From: Lama glama
Taxonomy: Eukaryota
DNA length: 64,000 bases
Assembly (NCBI GenBank): GCA_028534125.1
Contig: CM052817.1
Span: 66,404,001-66,468,000, forward strand
Direction of reading: 5' to 3'
Shown: positions 12,251 through 25,327 of the stretch, piece by piece
How the letters are laid out: each line of letters begins with the position of its first letter
Numbering within the stretch: the stretch's first letter is position 1
The notes under the pieces: model-generated
Told to the model about the DNA's origin: nothing
The model's database searches: none
Seen by the model: the letters and a program-made list of their open reading frames with translations, nothing else
Translations under genes and position numbers: made by a program

Positions 12251-13399
12251 CTGCATGATAATGAATAACAAGGATTACTTATAATCAGTTATGATTTGGG
12301 TCAAGTCAGGCAGATCCACGCCTAAAAAGTAAGCAGTGGTTAATATACATCGACATCAATAATTTGCAGTATTTAAAACAGTCTAAAATCAGTTCTAAGA
12401 GGAAAAAGCTTTTTTTGGTTGTTTATTCAAATTATTTTGTCTTATCAGTTGCACAGTGTGAAGAATTGTTACTGGAAAGCAGTTCAAAATTTATAAAACT
12501 GCCTTGGTTTACAGAACTTTAAAGCGCTGAGCCTATCAGTATCAGAGGTCATGGACTCATCATTTTACTTACTCAATTCATGCTCTGAGTTACTGTGCTC
12601 CCAGATCTGCTTTTATTGCCTTATCACTTGGCTACAGCTTCTGTCTCCATATAATATGACTGTAGCTAAGTTTTTGCCTTATTGCTTTTGAGAGAGAAAT
12701 TTATAATAATATACCTTAAAAATAAATAAGTAACTGCTACTGGTTTTTGTTTCAAATGGAATTACACTCAAGTTTTATTTGTTTCTTTTTTAATTCAAAA
12801 TATTAATTTAAATACCTCTAAAGTAACACAAAGACTCATGTTGAGAAAGAGCAGTTCTGTGCACCCTTCCCCTCGACCAGAGCCTCCACTTTCCTCCTGC
12901 AGTCTGGGATGGTGACCCAGTCAGCTGCTGCACGGCTCTTGTCCTGGAACTTCCCAATCTTGTTTTCCAGAGTTGGACTCATGGTTCCTGGATCCCCTGT
13001 CTTCTCTCTTGCTTATTCCTTTATTTTGCTAAAGCATGTCCTGTAGTAGATCTCCAAGAAAGGGCATTTGTTTGTATTTTTGTTTTAAATGATGTAGAAA
13101 CCTTTTCAAATCAGACCCTAAGAAAGTGAGTCTGGTATTTTTAGTGACATTTGGAGCTCAAATGAGATATTATGTATCTCTGATCTGCTGGAGAAGCAGA
13201 GGAACTCTTCTTGAAAGCTGGATTTAATAAAAAAAGAGAGCATGGGAATTAAAAGTATAAAACTCAGATTTCGTACAAACATATTTCTTCATATGGCCCA
13301 AACTTTAGACCCTTAACTCTAGTGCCAAAAATGATCACATTTTAGTAGAGGAATCATCATCATCATGAAAAATGCCCCTGTGGATGTAAAAATATACCT

Positions 13400-14010
13400 G
13401 TAGTACTGATGGGTATCTTGTCATTGTCCAGCTCCTCCATGGTACAGAATCCCTCCCCTTGTTCCTTTGGATCCCTTCTTTGCACACAGGATCCCAGTTT
13501 TATTCACGTATTGTAGGCCCAGTTCCTTCAGGGCAGACTGGGATCAGGACTAGTTCTTGAGGTTTGGATCTAACATTAGGTCTAACAATCATAGCTGTTC
13601 TACAGTAGTGCTTTCCTCATTTTTGGTGATCTGTTCAAGAGTAGGAAATTGAATATAAGGCAGTTCTGCCCAGCAAAGTGTAGAGTTTGTTGAGAGCTTA
13701 CTGGGAGATATTCTTTTTAAAAATAAAAAGTCTAAAGGAAAATGTATCCTTTCTTCTGCCCTTGAGAAATTATTGTGCAAGGAACTGATCCCTCACATTG
13801 CTGCAGCCCTCTTACAGCCACGAAGGAATTAGACATTAAGTTCAAGATGGCAGAACAGAAGTGTCAGATGATACTGTGTCTCATTACACTAATGAATCCT
13901 GCCTTTGCCTTACCTCTGGACTTCTTGTTATGTTTATGTTATGTTTTTATGGCTAAGTATTCTCTTGGGTCTTTTGTTATTTAAAGCCTGCTGCATTCTA
14001 AATAACACAG
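13400..14010 (+). mobile_element. MaLR LTR (MLT1-like)
   Basis: ttgctgcagccctctta...cctctggacttcttgttatg...gcattctaaataacaca. Confidence 0.6.
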
Positions 14011-14259
14011 AAACAGCAAAATAATTCTGTGTCTTATGCTTTCTGGAGGGAAAGCTTTTTCAGTGAAAGACCTTTAAAAAAGTAACATATTGAACAGGCT
14101 TTGAAAATTAGCATGAACTGTTTACTTATGAACTTTTTGAATCTGTCATACTGAAACATTCATGGGTCTGAAAAGCATTATTAATAAATTAAAATATTTT
14201 ATTCAGGAAAGAAAGATAATTTTGAATAAAAGAAGACAAAGGGAGATTTTATTACTTAC

Positions 14260-14901
14260 CAAATTTTTCAAAAAGTTTTTCTTTAAAATTTCATGATAGC
14301 AAAAATTTTTAAGAACAGTTTTTTAAAATCCCCGCACTTCTATTTGGGTCCTACCAAGACATACTCAACATTGCAACTCGGACTTCAATCTCTCCAAGAA
14401 CTTTTCAGTGCATACGGGCTTTTTATGGGCTTTTCATGATCACTTTTAGGACTTTCTTTAAGTCTTTCTTGAGATTAAGGGCTGCAGCAGAAAATCGGAG
14501 TTGCATGTTGTATCAGGCAAAACCAGTCACTTCAGTGTCCTACTCCATGATCTTGCCACACGGCAAGCACGCCTGCACATCATGCTCCTGCACCTGCTGC
14601 CGCCCTGGCACCCCCATTTATACAGGCTGAAGTTGCCCCCAGTGAAAGATAAACTACTCCTGCAACTGTGTTTTCCAGCAATACAGATTATAACTGATTT
14701 TCCATTTGCAAAATTACGTAGAGAGTTTCGGGGCATCAGCAGAGAGAAGCTGTGTTGAGAAAATTGCACTGTTAGGAAGCCCGAGGAGATGACTTCATAA
14801 TTATAAAGCAAATTTTATTTATGAATCATTGATAAAGGTTTTTCAATTTTTGGTTACTACTGTGTCTGAATTAGCCCTTCATAGAATCGTGATTTTTCTT
14901 T
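14260..14901 (-). pseudogene. Large pseudo-exon (642 bp): ZU5-like and start of UPA-like region
   Basis: Strong acceptor ttccttattttatttag|A and donor G|gtaagt. Reads SSGFLTVQFSQHSFSLLMPRNSL...SVIICI (ZU5 'GG.L.....VSLLIP.GA'), then after a frameshift TEVTGFA*YNMQLRFSAAALNLKKDLKKVLK (UPA-like). Confidence 0.55.
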
Positions 14902-16100
14902 CTAAATAAAATAAGGAAGAATTTAAAATAGAAGAAACCTCAGGTATTCAGTGAGCTATTGATTTTACATTCTGAGCATATACTGTGTACCAGGAATGTG
15001 CTAAAGATTTACAAAACAATCTCTTTGCCATTTGAGAGCAAGTTAGACTACCTTGCTTTACTTCTTTCATAATTAAACAAATTTAAAATCCAGGATAACT
15101 AAAATGATGAAGGCATTTTAGAGTAAGCTCCTAACATTGCAGTTCCTACTCCTGGTCCCTTCAGAATCTAGGGGCTGGGGAAAAAAGTAGCTTTCCACAT
15201 ACACTGACTAACAGTAATAATGAATACTTTGAATTTGTAAAGTGGTAGGCACCTATGGAAATTTATACCTTCCACTTACCTTTAGATATAAGAGCAAATA
15301 ACATGTAGTTATTCTTAACAAATAACATTGGATTTTCAAAACTTAAAGCCAAGTTTTTATTTTAAAGTAGCTTGTAGGAATAAATTTGAGAGATATCAAG
15401 GGTTAAAAATTGAAAAGGTCAAATCCTTCGCGTGCCACTTTAATCCCAGCTCAAACTAGGCCTGCTGTTCCAAGAACTAAAACTGATTTTATTATACATA
15501 TCAGAGCAGGCTCATGATTATTTCCACACTTTGCTGAAGGAAGACGGTATATGGAGAAGATAAATATTCTTTGCAGAGCTGATTTTACCATGCCCAGATT
15601 GAATCAGCATTTCCAACAACTTCTGTATTTCTTATTCACATTTTTAAGTGCCCTTTGCCTCCCAAGGCTAGAGTCACTGCACATAATTCTTCGTACTTTA
15701 CAGACAGATACATTCAGAGTGGCATAGGAAAAGATTTCTCTTCACCGCAGTGTTATTCATTTATATGCCGCCTGTGCCAGGAAGAGCTTTATGGCAGCTT
15801 GGTGTTAAAGGTGACTTGAAGCTGTGTAACTGGGGCCCTGGGTGAAGTGGCACACTTGGGCTGCAGACGTCAGAGCATCTGGGGTAGGAGTATGCTGAGT
15901 GATGGCAGAACAGCGCTGAAAAGGGACCATGTACCCCTCCACCTCCCCTTTCCTGAGGCTCTGAAAGAGTAACAATAGGGCTGTCACAGTCAAGGCACTG
16001 TTCCTGGGTCTGAAGGAGGACCGTCGATGCACTGTTGTCAGGAAAACCAAGCTGTCTCTTCACTGTAGGCTCCTTCAGAAAATGAAAGCTTAGCTCTCAC

Positions 16101-16205
16101 CTGTCATTCAGGGAGCGAGGTTTCTTCACATTCCGACTGTCGGCAAGGAGCGATGTCAGCGATATGGGCTCGGCTCTCTGTCTGCCCTCCACGGTTATGA
16201 GACAG
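16101..16205 (-). pseudogene. Pseudo-exon: second half of last FN3-like repeat
   Basis: Acceptor ccctttgcag|C and donor CAG|gtgaga. Reads LSHNRGGQTESRAHIADIAPCRQSECEETSLP. Confidence 0.5.
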
Positions 16206-16714
16206 CTGCAAAGGGATGTCTGTGCACAGAGGCAGCCGTGTACACAGTTGTGAATTAGAAGCTTATCTTCAAGACAGTTTCCTCGTGTTCCTCCTGATGC
16301 TGTGTGTTCCAGTGTGCCTTCCCCATTGCAAAGCCCCACTCAGGCTTGTCTCCCACACTGTCAAAACTGACCTGATCATTCCCACTTCTCAGAGCCCCCT
16401 TGTTCTCAACATAAGGCTGGTCAACCTCGTAAGATAATTATTAATGAATATTTATATTCATGGTTATATAAGCTCTGTAAGGGAACATAGAACCTCTTTG
16501 GCCCCATCATCTTATTTCACAGGTAAGAAGAATTGGTCTGCACATGACCACGTGATTACATGGGATGGGAGGGCTATGGGTTATTTTCATTACAATGAAT
16601 ATGATCATGTATATGTAATTAAATAACAACTTGAAATTGAAAGCTGGCAGGTAGTAAGATAGAGTTGTCATCAGGGCAGTTTGATGGAATGGCTTCCCAG
16701 AGACCTCCTTATAC

Positions 16715-16858
16715 CTGATATATTTTCTTTAATTAATTTATGGCAATACAGAATGTTCTTCTCAGCTTCCAGGGTCTCGTTGCTGCAGGTGTCATTTAAC
16801 TAATTTCAGGGTTTCTGGCTTACACCAGCCAGAAATTACAGAAGACTCAAGTAGAAAG
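16715..16858 (-). pseudogene. Pseudo-exon: first half of last FN3-like repeat
   Basis: Acceptor atatttag|C and donor CAG|gtataa. Reads LESSVISGWCKPETLKLVK*HLQQRDPGS*(W)EEHSVLP. Confidence 0.5.
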
Positions 16859-16959
16859 CTAAATATCCATATATTAATTTATAAAGAGAAACATAACTAT
16901 CAAGTAGACTGGAAAGAATCATTGATGTTTGAAAGACTGTAAGATAAAGTGAGATGAAT

Positions 16960-17200
16960 AATAATAATCAATTAATTAAAGTAATTAATAAAACATTATG
17001 TGCCAGGCACTGATTGATGTGCATTACAACAGTTGTCATCTGATCTTCTCAACAACCTTGTAAAGTAGTTGCTATCATTCTCCCCATTTTAGAAATAAGG
17101 AAGCTGAAGCACAGAGAAGTCAAGAGACTTGACCATGACCATATAGCTAATAAATGGGATAGTCGAGTTGTGAACCCAGGCAGTTTGGTGTGACCCACTC
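16960..17200 (-). mobile_element. MIR SINE
   Basis: tatgtgccaggcactg...ccccattttagaaataaggaagctgaagcacagagaagtcaag. Confidence 0.8.
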
Positions 17201-17304
17201 TTTCAGCAGTGCCTCAGTAGGTGGTTTGGTAAGCACAAAAGTAAAATACATGTTTAGATACCTGACTTAGCTTTTTAGTGATTGGTATAAGGAACCAACC
17301 AATC

Positions 17305-17524
17305 ACTGTTGGTTCTCTACCAGGAGAGACTTTGCCTCTGGGAGACATTGGACAACATCTGGAGGCATTTTAGTGCTGTCACAATTGGAAGAGGGGGTTG
17401 CTACTGGCATTTATTAGGGAGAGGCCTGGAATGCTGTTGAACATCCTCGGTGCACAGGCTATCTCCCAACATCACAGAATTACCCGGTCTAAAATGTCAG
17501 TAGTCCTGGGGCTGAGAAACCCTG
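17305..17524 (+). mobile_element. MER20 hAT-Charlie element
   Basis: ggttctc...gacattgg...gctactggcatt...aaaatgtcagtagt...gctgagaaaccctg. Confidence 0.8.
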
Positions 17525-17799
17525 GTGTAAGGCACTGAGAGCTGCACCCACCTCCACAGTGTACACGCGTGTTTCGTACGTGATTCTTGAGGAGTTCTCG
17601 GGTCAGGGTGCCCTGTTATTTGCACAATACTTGGATGTGAGTTCCAAATTTGCCCTTCTGATTTGTGTTTTTCTATATTTCAAAATGCTTAATTTCCAAT
17701 ATAGTCAATAATTTATCTCATTAGATAGGATAAAACAAGGTGCGTCCCCTCCATTCCTGCTCATAGTTATTTGCAACTCTAATACTAAAACTATTAAAA

Positions 17800-18152
17800 T
17801 TAGCTACAAATCCTGAACTCATCTACATGTATTGTGTGATTTAAGCCAGAGTTCTATTTTGTCATAAGCAAAAATCGTATTTTCCGTTGGTATTGAAAAC
17901 AAAACCAAGTATGGTAAGGAGCATCTTAATGACATTCAACCTAGGATATTTCATTCATATGATCTATACCATGCTGCTGTTTCCCCCTCCAGACAGCAAG
18001 CCGACCAAAAAAAATCTTTAACTATGAAGTTAGAACAAAATTTTTCCCTTGGAGCTATCCTTTCAGCTGGATGGTGGATTAGTTTAACTGTAAGTCCTTC
18101 CCACTATAGAACACTACAGACTGAATGAAAAATACTTCCTGCATTGTTCAGG
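17800..18152 (-). pseudogene. Possible pseudo-exon: FN3-like repeat
   Basis: Nearly open frame SVL*WEGLTVK...ETAAWYR, then LTILGFVFNTNGNTIFAYDK, like 'TI.GL..NT.Y...IFAYN'. The acceptor appears mutated (ttgtaa). Confidence 0.35.
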
Positions 18153-18547
18153 TTACAAGAAGAAAAGGCAGTCTCTAGGCTCACCCCCAAAACATTCCTG
18201 TGAGCTGAAACCAGAGCTGTGACCTCAGACGGGAGAGGCGGGGTTGACCTGAGATCAAACTTGGGTATCAGGCTAAGCACCTATTCAACAGCAAAGTGTG
18301 GGACTCATCGGAGACTCCCACTGAGTAGGGGTCTTCGAGGAAAGGGAGTGGTCCCAGGCTAGCAGTGTCCTCTGGCTATCAGTGAGAACAAAGTCAAATC
18401 GTCCTAGATGAAAGCATCTCCATTTCAACTCTAGGTAATTCCACAGATGGAGAACAAATAACTGTGAACTCAAAACAAAAAGGGAATAAAACATAAGAAA
18501 GTTAGACACCAATTATTTTTCCATTTTGGTTTTTCTGTAATGGTTAT

Positions 18548-19520
18548 TGTAGCAGATGATGCTACTTAACATCCAAATCTTTTCTCTCTTTTCTCTTCTG
18601 CACTAAGCCAGAGTTTCCAGCCTCCCTTGTGGTTTGTTATGGCCAAGCGACTGGCCTCTGAATTCTAACCTCTGTAAAAGTAATATATACAACCTCTAGG
18701 CCTGGCCCATGAAACCTTTCCATATGCCCACATCCGTGTTCTTTCTTGCTCCCGGCAGCCATTGTTGCCAACCCAAGTGATTTTAGAAACCATTAAATGC
18801 AGATGGGAGAGTCTCCAATTCAATTTTCCTGCCAAATGACTGTGTAGGGTAGAGTGGAGAGCCTTCATGACACTGCTCAGCAGGAATCCCACATCGCCAT
18901 GGAGACAGGACTGATGTGTGTGGTCCATTCCTCCATTGGTAGTCTTTATTGTGTTTATCCCTTCCATCCTCCACCATTATCAGACCATAAGAATCCACAT
19001 CTGGACCTGAAGGAGAGCAGTAAAGGTTATAAAGAAAAATCTGAGTTTAGCTGGATGAGACTTTGAATTGTCCGTCTTGAGAATGGCATGGGTATGTTCT
19101 AAATACAGAAAGAAGAACATGCATGGATTGCATGTGTTGGCAAGAGCCATGGCCAAGATTGCTTGCTGTGCACCAAAATCTTTCCCCCCGTCTTCTTGGG
19201 GGTACAGCTAGTTGACTCTGACTGGCATCCTTGGCCATGTGGCCACATGACTAAGTTCCCACGTACAGAATGTGAATAGAAGTTATGCATACCACCTGCT
19301 GGCCTGGCTTATGACAACTTCCTACATGTACTTGTCAGTGATCTTTCCCCCTTCAGACTAACTTAGAGCCAAATCCCAAAGTGTGCTTGAAAATGATTTG
19401 TTTAAATTGACAGAATCTCCAGCATGATGCAGAGCTACTGCAGATTGGAAATCGCTGCCTCTGATGTCAAACTGTGACATGAGAAGGAAATACAGTTTCA
19501 GAGTGTTTTAAAATCCTTTT
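18548..19520 (+). mobile_element. MaLR LTR fragments (MLT1-like)
   Basis: tttccagcctcccttg; gtggccacatgactaagttc...gaagttatgcatacc. Confidence 0.55.
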
Positions 19521-21346
19521 AGCTATCAAATAATGAGTTCTGTTGATTAAAGCTGCTTACTTTTACTAGTACTTAAAAGCTCGTTACTGAAGTTTATTGT
19601 GTGTTATGTTCAAGTGGAACTCAAGTGTCAGGATGTTTGGCTTATATACCACTTTACAATATTAAAGCATTACATTTGTGTTTTATTCTTGTGTTTCATA
19701 AATTCTATATTATTTAATTTCTACCATAATCCTCGGAAATAGATATGGATTAGCATCCGTATTTTAGTATGTTTTCATTATAAAAATATTTAAAGAACTC
19801 AGAAATCTAAGAAGTAAAACATACCACCAATCAGAGATATCACATTAGCAACTAGTTATGTATGCAGTATTTTTGCTGCATTTTTAATGAAAGTGAAGTC
19901 AAATGCATGCAATTAATTGGAATAAATCTACCTTTACTTAGCAATATATAACACTCTCCATGTCAATATTAATCTTCTATTCAACTTATTGAATGTATGC
20001 TTAGTATTCTATTGTAGGGATTTGCTTAAAGTTATTTACCCAATCCCTTAATGTAGGACACTTAATTTTTTGTACAACTTGTCTCTCACTTAAAGAAATG
20101 TAATTATAAACAGTTTTATACATACATCTTTATGTCCTTGTCAATTGTTTCTTCTATCACAATGTTGTTGTGATGCTTTAGCATATTGCTAAATTGTCCT
20201 AAGAAGGGCACTAATATAAAGCCCTACCTGTATGTGGTATATTCTTTTATTCCCTTTCTAATACTAAGAATTATTAATCATTTTAATATAGGGCAATTGA
20301 TATTTCATATCACTTATTTTTTTCCTTTGAATTTTTGTGTTAATACTGTTGAGCACCATTTCTCTTTTACAGGATGTCTGTACTTACACATTCAAAATTA
20401 GTTTACAGGTCATTCCCAAATGTCTTCAGATGTTTTTCTTTTCTAGTAATTTTATTTCTTTTCTGAATTGGTTTACAGGAGTTCTTTATATTTTAGAGAT
20501 AGTGAAATCTTTCTTTTGCTAATGACATCCTTGACTTACAGAAAAGAAAGTAAAGTTTGAGGAGGTTAATTGTTGTGTCCAAGGTACACGTAGCAAGGTA
20601 CAACAGACTGGATGCTAGGTCTTCTGGTGCCAGTTTTGGGGTTTTGTTTTTAATTCACCTTCATCATTTCCTTTCTTAAAGGAAGCAATTAGAAATTCAA
20701 TAATAGGTGCAAGAATAATTGCATTTTGAGGATACATTCCTGCAGAAATAGTTTTAGGGTGCTTACTAAAGTAGATTATATGCTTCCCTATAGGAAACGA
20801 GTATTTCTGGCTTTCTCCTAAAGCCCATGTGTCCGATATAATTCCTGGCATGTAGTAGATACCTATATTTGTGAATGGATGCATTAGTGTGCTGTATCCT
20901 GTGGTTAGAGAGATGAAAGACTGTCTCGGCATTCAAAAAACTTCCAATCTTGTGGCGTTAACAGATGAAAGATAGACAGAATAACCCAAAATGGGTTAAG
21001 TGTTATGATGGAAATGAGCATAAAGTCAATCTGATATCTAGTAAAGGTTAGGAGTAATTGGCAATGAGTCTCAAACCCCCTTCCTCAAATATATTATCTA
21101 GGAGTGCATTGTCTTACCCGGTGACATTGTTCTTTAGTGAGAAGTAATGAGGTAATGAAGAACATAGTGACTCTGGCGTCAGGTACACCAGGGTTTCAGA
21201 CTGTTTGCAGCTTTAGGGCTTTCTGTCTGAATAGTTCTGAGTGAGGTAGCTTCTGTGAACCTGAGCTTTTTACCTGTTGCTGTCACTAACAATGTCTGTC
21301 TCGCAGGCCATTAGGAGGACTCAATGCCAATATGTTCAAAGTCCTT

Positions 21347-21412
21347 GCCTCTTAGAAGGTGCTCTAGACACACTGGTTCGCCTCTTAGAAGGTGCTCTAG
21401 ACACACTGGTTC
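21347..21412. repeat. Perfect 33-bp tandem duplication at the end of a MIR
   Basis: gcctcttagaaggtgctctagacacactggttc x2. Confidence 0.95.
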
Positions 21413-21788
21413 TTTTCCATGTTCCTCAAAAAAAGTGTGTTAAAAAGCACTCATCTGAAAGATTATCTGCCACTTTATGCTCATGTTTATACCTTTTTAA
21501 AAAGTATTAATCCTTTGTTGTCTTATCTTGACTTTACTTCTTAGTAGAGCTTTTGACAGTCAGCAGCAGACCCTTACCATGAGACTGTATACTTACGTCT
21601 CACACAATTTAGAGACAATTTAGAGGCAGAAAGTATGTACTAAGAGTTTAAATTCTTCAAAAATAAGCATAGCACATGACTTTGATGTTCCCAAGAACAT
21701 AGAAAGCATTAAATGATATATAAAACACCAAATGCTATGTAAGAGAACTTATGAAAATGCTGAAGAGATGAGTTTCAATGGAGCTTAC

Positions 21789-22146
21789 ATGGTGTTACAT
21801 TGCCTGCTCTTAAAATCATAAGCTGATTTTCCAAGTGGGTGTTAGAGACATATTCTTGATTTGGATATGCTATATAGAATACATAACCATTGGCAATTCT
21901 CTGAAGCTTGTTTGTGTTGAAATCTTGTATACGTCCTGCTGTGGGAGTGTGGCAGACAGGCCAATGTTCACATTTCCTGTGACGTAACTATTCCAACTTC
22001 ACAAGGAACTGGTCTCCCCTTCTCCTTTGGTACTTGATAGTAACTGATACTCGAACTAAGATCTATTCTTATTTCTGTTACTTTTCCAGGAAATTTTGGA
22101 CAACCTTGATTTATGTTATCAGTTACTTCTGGTACATGTTGTCATT
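21789..22146 (-). pseudogene. Pseudo-exon: complete FN3-like repeat, phase 1-1
   Basis: Acceptor ttcttctttag|AA and donor CCAT|gtaagc. Reads PKFPGKVTEIRIDLSSSISYYQVPKEKGRPVPCEV / RHRKCEHW..HTPTAGRIQDFNTNKLQRIANGYVFYIAYPNQEYVS. Confidence 0.6.
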
Positions 22147-22564
22147 CTAAAGAAGAATTTCAACATTTTTACTTTTAGAAAGCATAGTGAGTGTTCTTGA
22201 AATCACTAGTTTACTAATTTAGTTGTGGAATAAAGAAAGACGACTTTTAGAAAAAAGTTATAATCCTTTATCTTAAACTGTACTGGATTTATCAAGTATT
22301 TTATATTTAATGTTTTGTTAAGCTTCAGAAACCTTAATTGTCAGATTATTTGCTTCTTTACTAAAGGAAAGCTCCTCTGAACTTCTTTTTTTAATATGGT
22401 GAGAGTATAAGAGTTACAACAGGATCTAGAGCTAAAGGAATATTTCAATTGTATATACAAATATAAAAATATGACAGGCTATCTTTTCATACCTTTGAAA
22501 TATTTTTCCTCAGGAAATTCCATTTTGTGGTTCAAACTAATTTAATTGACAATAGCCTCAATGC

Positions 22565-22684
22565 CTCAGATTTGTGAAGACTATGCTGATATTTATGAAA
22601 CAAGATAATATTATGAAACTTTCCTTCAAGAACAGGTTAGAAATTTGTTATGATTCCTTTATTTGAAGATAGCAAAATGCATTC
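22565..22684 (-). pseudogene. Pseudo-exon: second half of FN3-like repeat
   Basis: Acceptor ttttatgtcattaaag|G. Reads ECILLSSNKGIITNF*PVLEGKFHNII, like 'ITNL.P..EYKF.V'. Confidence 0.4.
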
Positions 22685-23079
22685 CTTTAATGACATAAAA
22701 TGAAAAAACTCAATTACTGAAGCAAGTGACAAGATTTTCTCTATAATTCTGGTAAGGAGAGAGTTTCAGAAATAGAAATAGAATATAACATTTCTTTTCC
22801 TTTCACCATTACCAACATGCAGTACAAAGAAGTATAAACAAGTAATAAATCATAACGCAATCAATCAGAGCAGTACAGAGACCATTTATCCGTATGTAAA
22901 TTTTCCTCTCATTATAATAAAAACCCCATCCAATTTTCTCTGTAATACAAGAATTAGCTTTTCCTCACAGTCTATTTGTCTTTTCTAATCTAAACTTGAG
23001 TCCCTTTTTCACAAATTAAAAAGAGTAGATAGGTATGGGGAAGAGCCTAATCCCAGTACAAAGCAGTTGACTTGTCCTG

Positions 23080-25130
23080 GGCACCACCGAGAACAGGTGG
23101 ACAAGAGGGACTCTGAAAACTTTGCAAGAGAAATCATCAAAAATCAGGTACAAAGAAAAGTATAACAAAAAATTAAGATGAGAGTCTCAGTGACCTAAGG
23201 GACAATATCAGGTCATCTACCATGCATGTAACTTGCGTCCCAGAAGAGGGGGTGGGAGAACGGAAGTCAGAAAAATGTAGAGATAATGAGAAGCTGGAAC
23301 ATTTCCAAATGTTATTAAATCTATAAACCTGCAGATCCAAGAAGTGCAGGAAACATCAAGAAGGAGAAACAGAATAAAGTCACAGAAAACAAATTGTAGT
23401 CAAATTCACTTTTATTTATTTTGGTTGCTCTATACCAGCTTTATTTGTAATTGCCAAAACTTGGAAGCAACCAAGATGTCCTTCAGCAGGTAAACGAATA
23501 AATAAACTGTGGTCCATCCAGACAATGGAATATTATTTAACACTAAAAAGAAAAGGCTATCAAGCCATAAAAAGACATGAGGAACCTCAGATGCATATTG
23601 CTAAGTAAAAGAAGCATAGCATATGATTCCAACTATATGATATTCTGGAAAAGACAAACCTATGGAGATGATAAAAAAAGGTCAGTGATTATCAGGGGTT
23701 GGGAGTGTGGGAGAAATGAATAGTTGGAGCACAGTGGATTTTTAGGGCAATGAACATCCTCAATATGATATGATAATAATGAATGTTTGTCATTATACAT
23801 TTGTGCAAACCCACAGACTGCACAACACCAATAGTGAGCCCTCAGGAAAGTATGGACTTTGGGTGGTAATGATGTGTCAGTGCAGATTTAACAATGACAA
23901 TAAATATACCACTCCTGTTGCTAATGGTGGGGGCTACACATGTGTGGGGGCTGGGGGCATATGGAAAATCTCTGTGACTTCCTTTCAATTTTGCTGTGAC
24001 CCTAAAATTGCTCAAAAAATATAAAAGTCTGAAAAAATTATTTCTGAAATATATGCAGGAAAATGATATTTAAATATGTAAATGCCTGCATTTGTAAGGT
24101 GACCTCACTGTTTCTTAGCTATTTAACCTAGAATGAACTTTTCACCATTTATTTTCTCATCTTGTGAGTGGCAATTGTGGGAGCTCCGAGCAGAGCTGAC
24201 TTCTTGGGCGTACAATCTGAAATTCACTGTATCTTTTAGTGATTAAAAAGAAAACACTTAAGGAATCTAGGAAAAAATGGTATATTACATACAGAAATAC
24301 AAATAAAATAGTGACCATAGATTTCACCTCAGAAATGCAAGCCAGAAGTATGCTATCATTCAAGACTTGAAAGAAACTGTCAACCCATAATTCTTTTTCC
24401 TACAGTTTCTTACAAAGCTTAGTAGTTTTACCATATGATCTATCAATCATGATGCTCGATATTTACCCAATTGATTTGGACATTTCTATCTACATAAAAT
24501 CCTGCTCACCAATGCTTACAGTCTGTTTATTCATAAGCACCAAAACCTAGAAGCAGCCAAGATGTACTTTAACAGATAAAAGGATAAACAAACTGTGGTA
24601 CACACATACAATGGAATATTATTCAGTGATAAAAGAAATGAGTTATCAAACTGTGACAAGCCATGAAGGAACCTTAAATGCATATTATGAAGTGAAAAAA
24701 AAATCTGAAAAGCTGCATACAGAATTATTGCAACTATGTGATATTCTGGAAAAGGCAGAACTATAAAGATGGTAAAAAGATCACTGGTTGCTAGATATTT
24801 TGTAAGTAGTGTAGGGTAGACTAAGGATGAATAGATAAAGAAGCAGAAAGGATTGTTAGGATGGGGAAAATGTTCTGTCACTATAACGGTGGATACAAAA
24901 CACTATGTATTTGCTAAAGCCCATAGGAGTGTATGATGCAGAAAAGTGACCCTTAATGTAAATTATGTACTTTAGCAGTAATAGTATATCAATATTGGCT
25001 TATTAGTTGTAATAAATGTTCCACACTAATGCAAGCTCTTAGTATTTGGGAAAACTATGTATATTATGGGGGGAGTATATGGGAATTCTATGGACAATAT
25101 GCTTTTACTTTAAATACATTTTAAAAATAA
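23080..25130 (+). mobile_element. Nested L1 fragments: an ORF1-region piece interrupted by an L1MC-like 3' end, followed by a second 3' end
   Basis: ORF1-like text at 23150-23410 and 24240-24400. 3'UTR text at 23440-24030 and 24420-25130. Confidence 0.8.
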
Positions 25131-25187
25131 GTAGAAATGATACTTTTAAGTTCACTGCACTAGAATGGGGAAGGTAAAGATAATTAC

Positions 25188-25327
25188 GTCCCTTAAATTT
25201 TAATAAAACGTTTCCATAAATCCATCAGAGTTTGATTTCTTATGTATACTTTGATTATAGATCCAAGATCTGTGAAAACCATTTATCTGTTAAAGGTTTC
25301 TATTACAGAAAGTTTTGGTAATTTATG
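25188..25327 (-). pseudogene. Pseudo-exon: first half of FN3-like repeat
   Basis: Long polypyrimidine tract then aaag|C; donor GAC|gtaatt. Reads KLPKLSVIET / NGFHRSWIYNQSIHKKSNSDGF. Confidence 0.45.

Noticed and set aside
12167..14600. Resemblance to a GIN1/gypsy integrase (VQACLPC; DFIEKVSREI) or an EF-hand (FEKFDSNK)
   Set aside because: No convincing HHCC or DDE spacing and no EF-loop consensus; the surrounding exon context fits ZU5/UPA better. Not formally excluded.
21347..21412. 33-bp (and 36-bp at 45331) direct repeats as a CRISPR-like array
   Set aside because: Only two abutting copies with no spacers, in eukaryotic DNA.
23440..24030. Strong similarity to 1660-2260 suggesting a segmental duplication
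   Set aside because: Both are independent copies of the same L1MC-like 3' end; the flanks differ.
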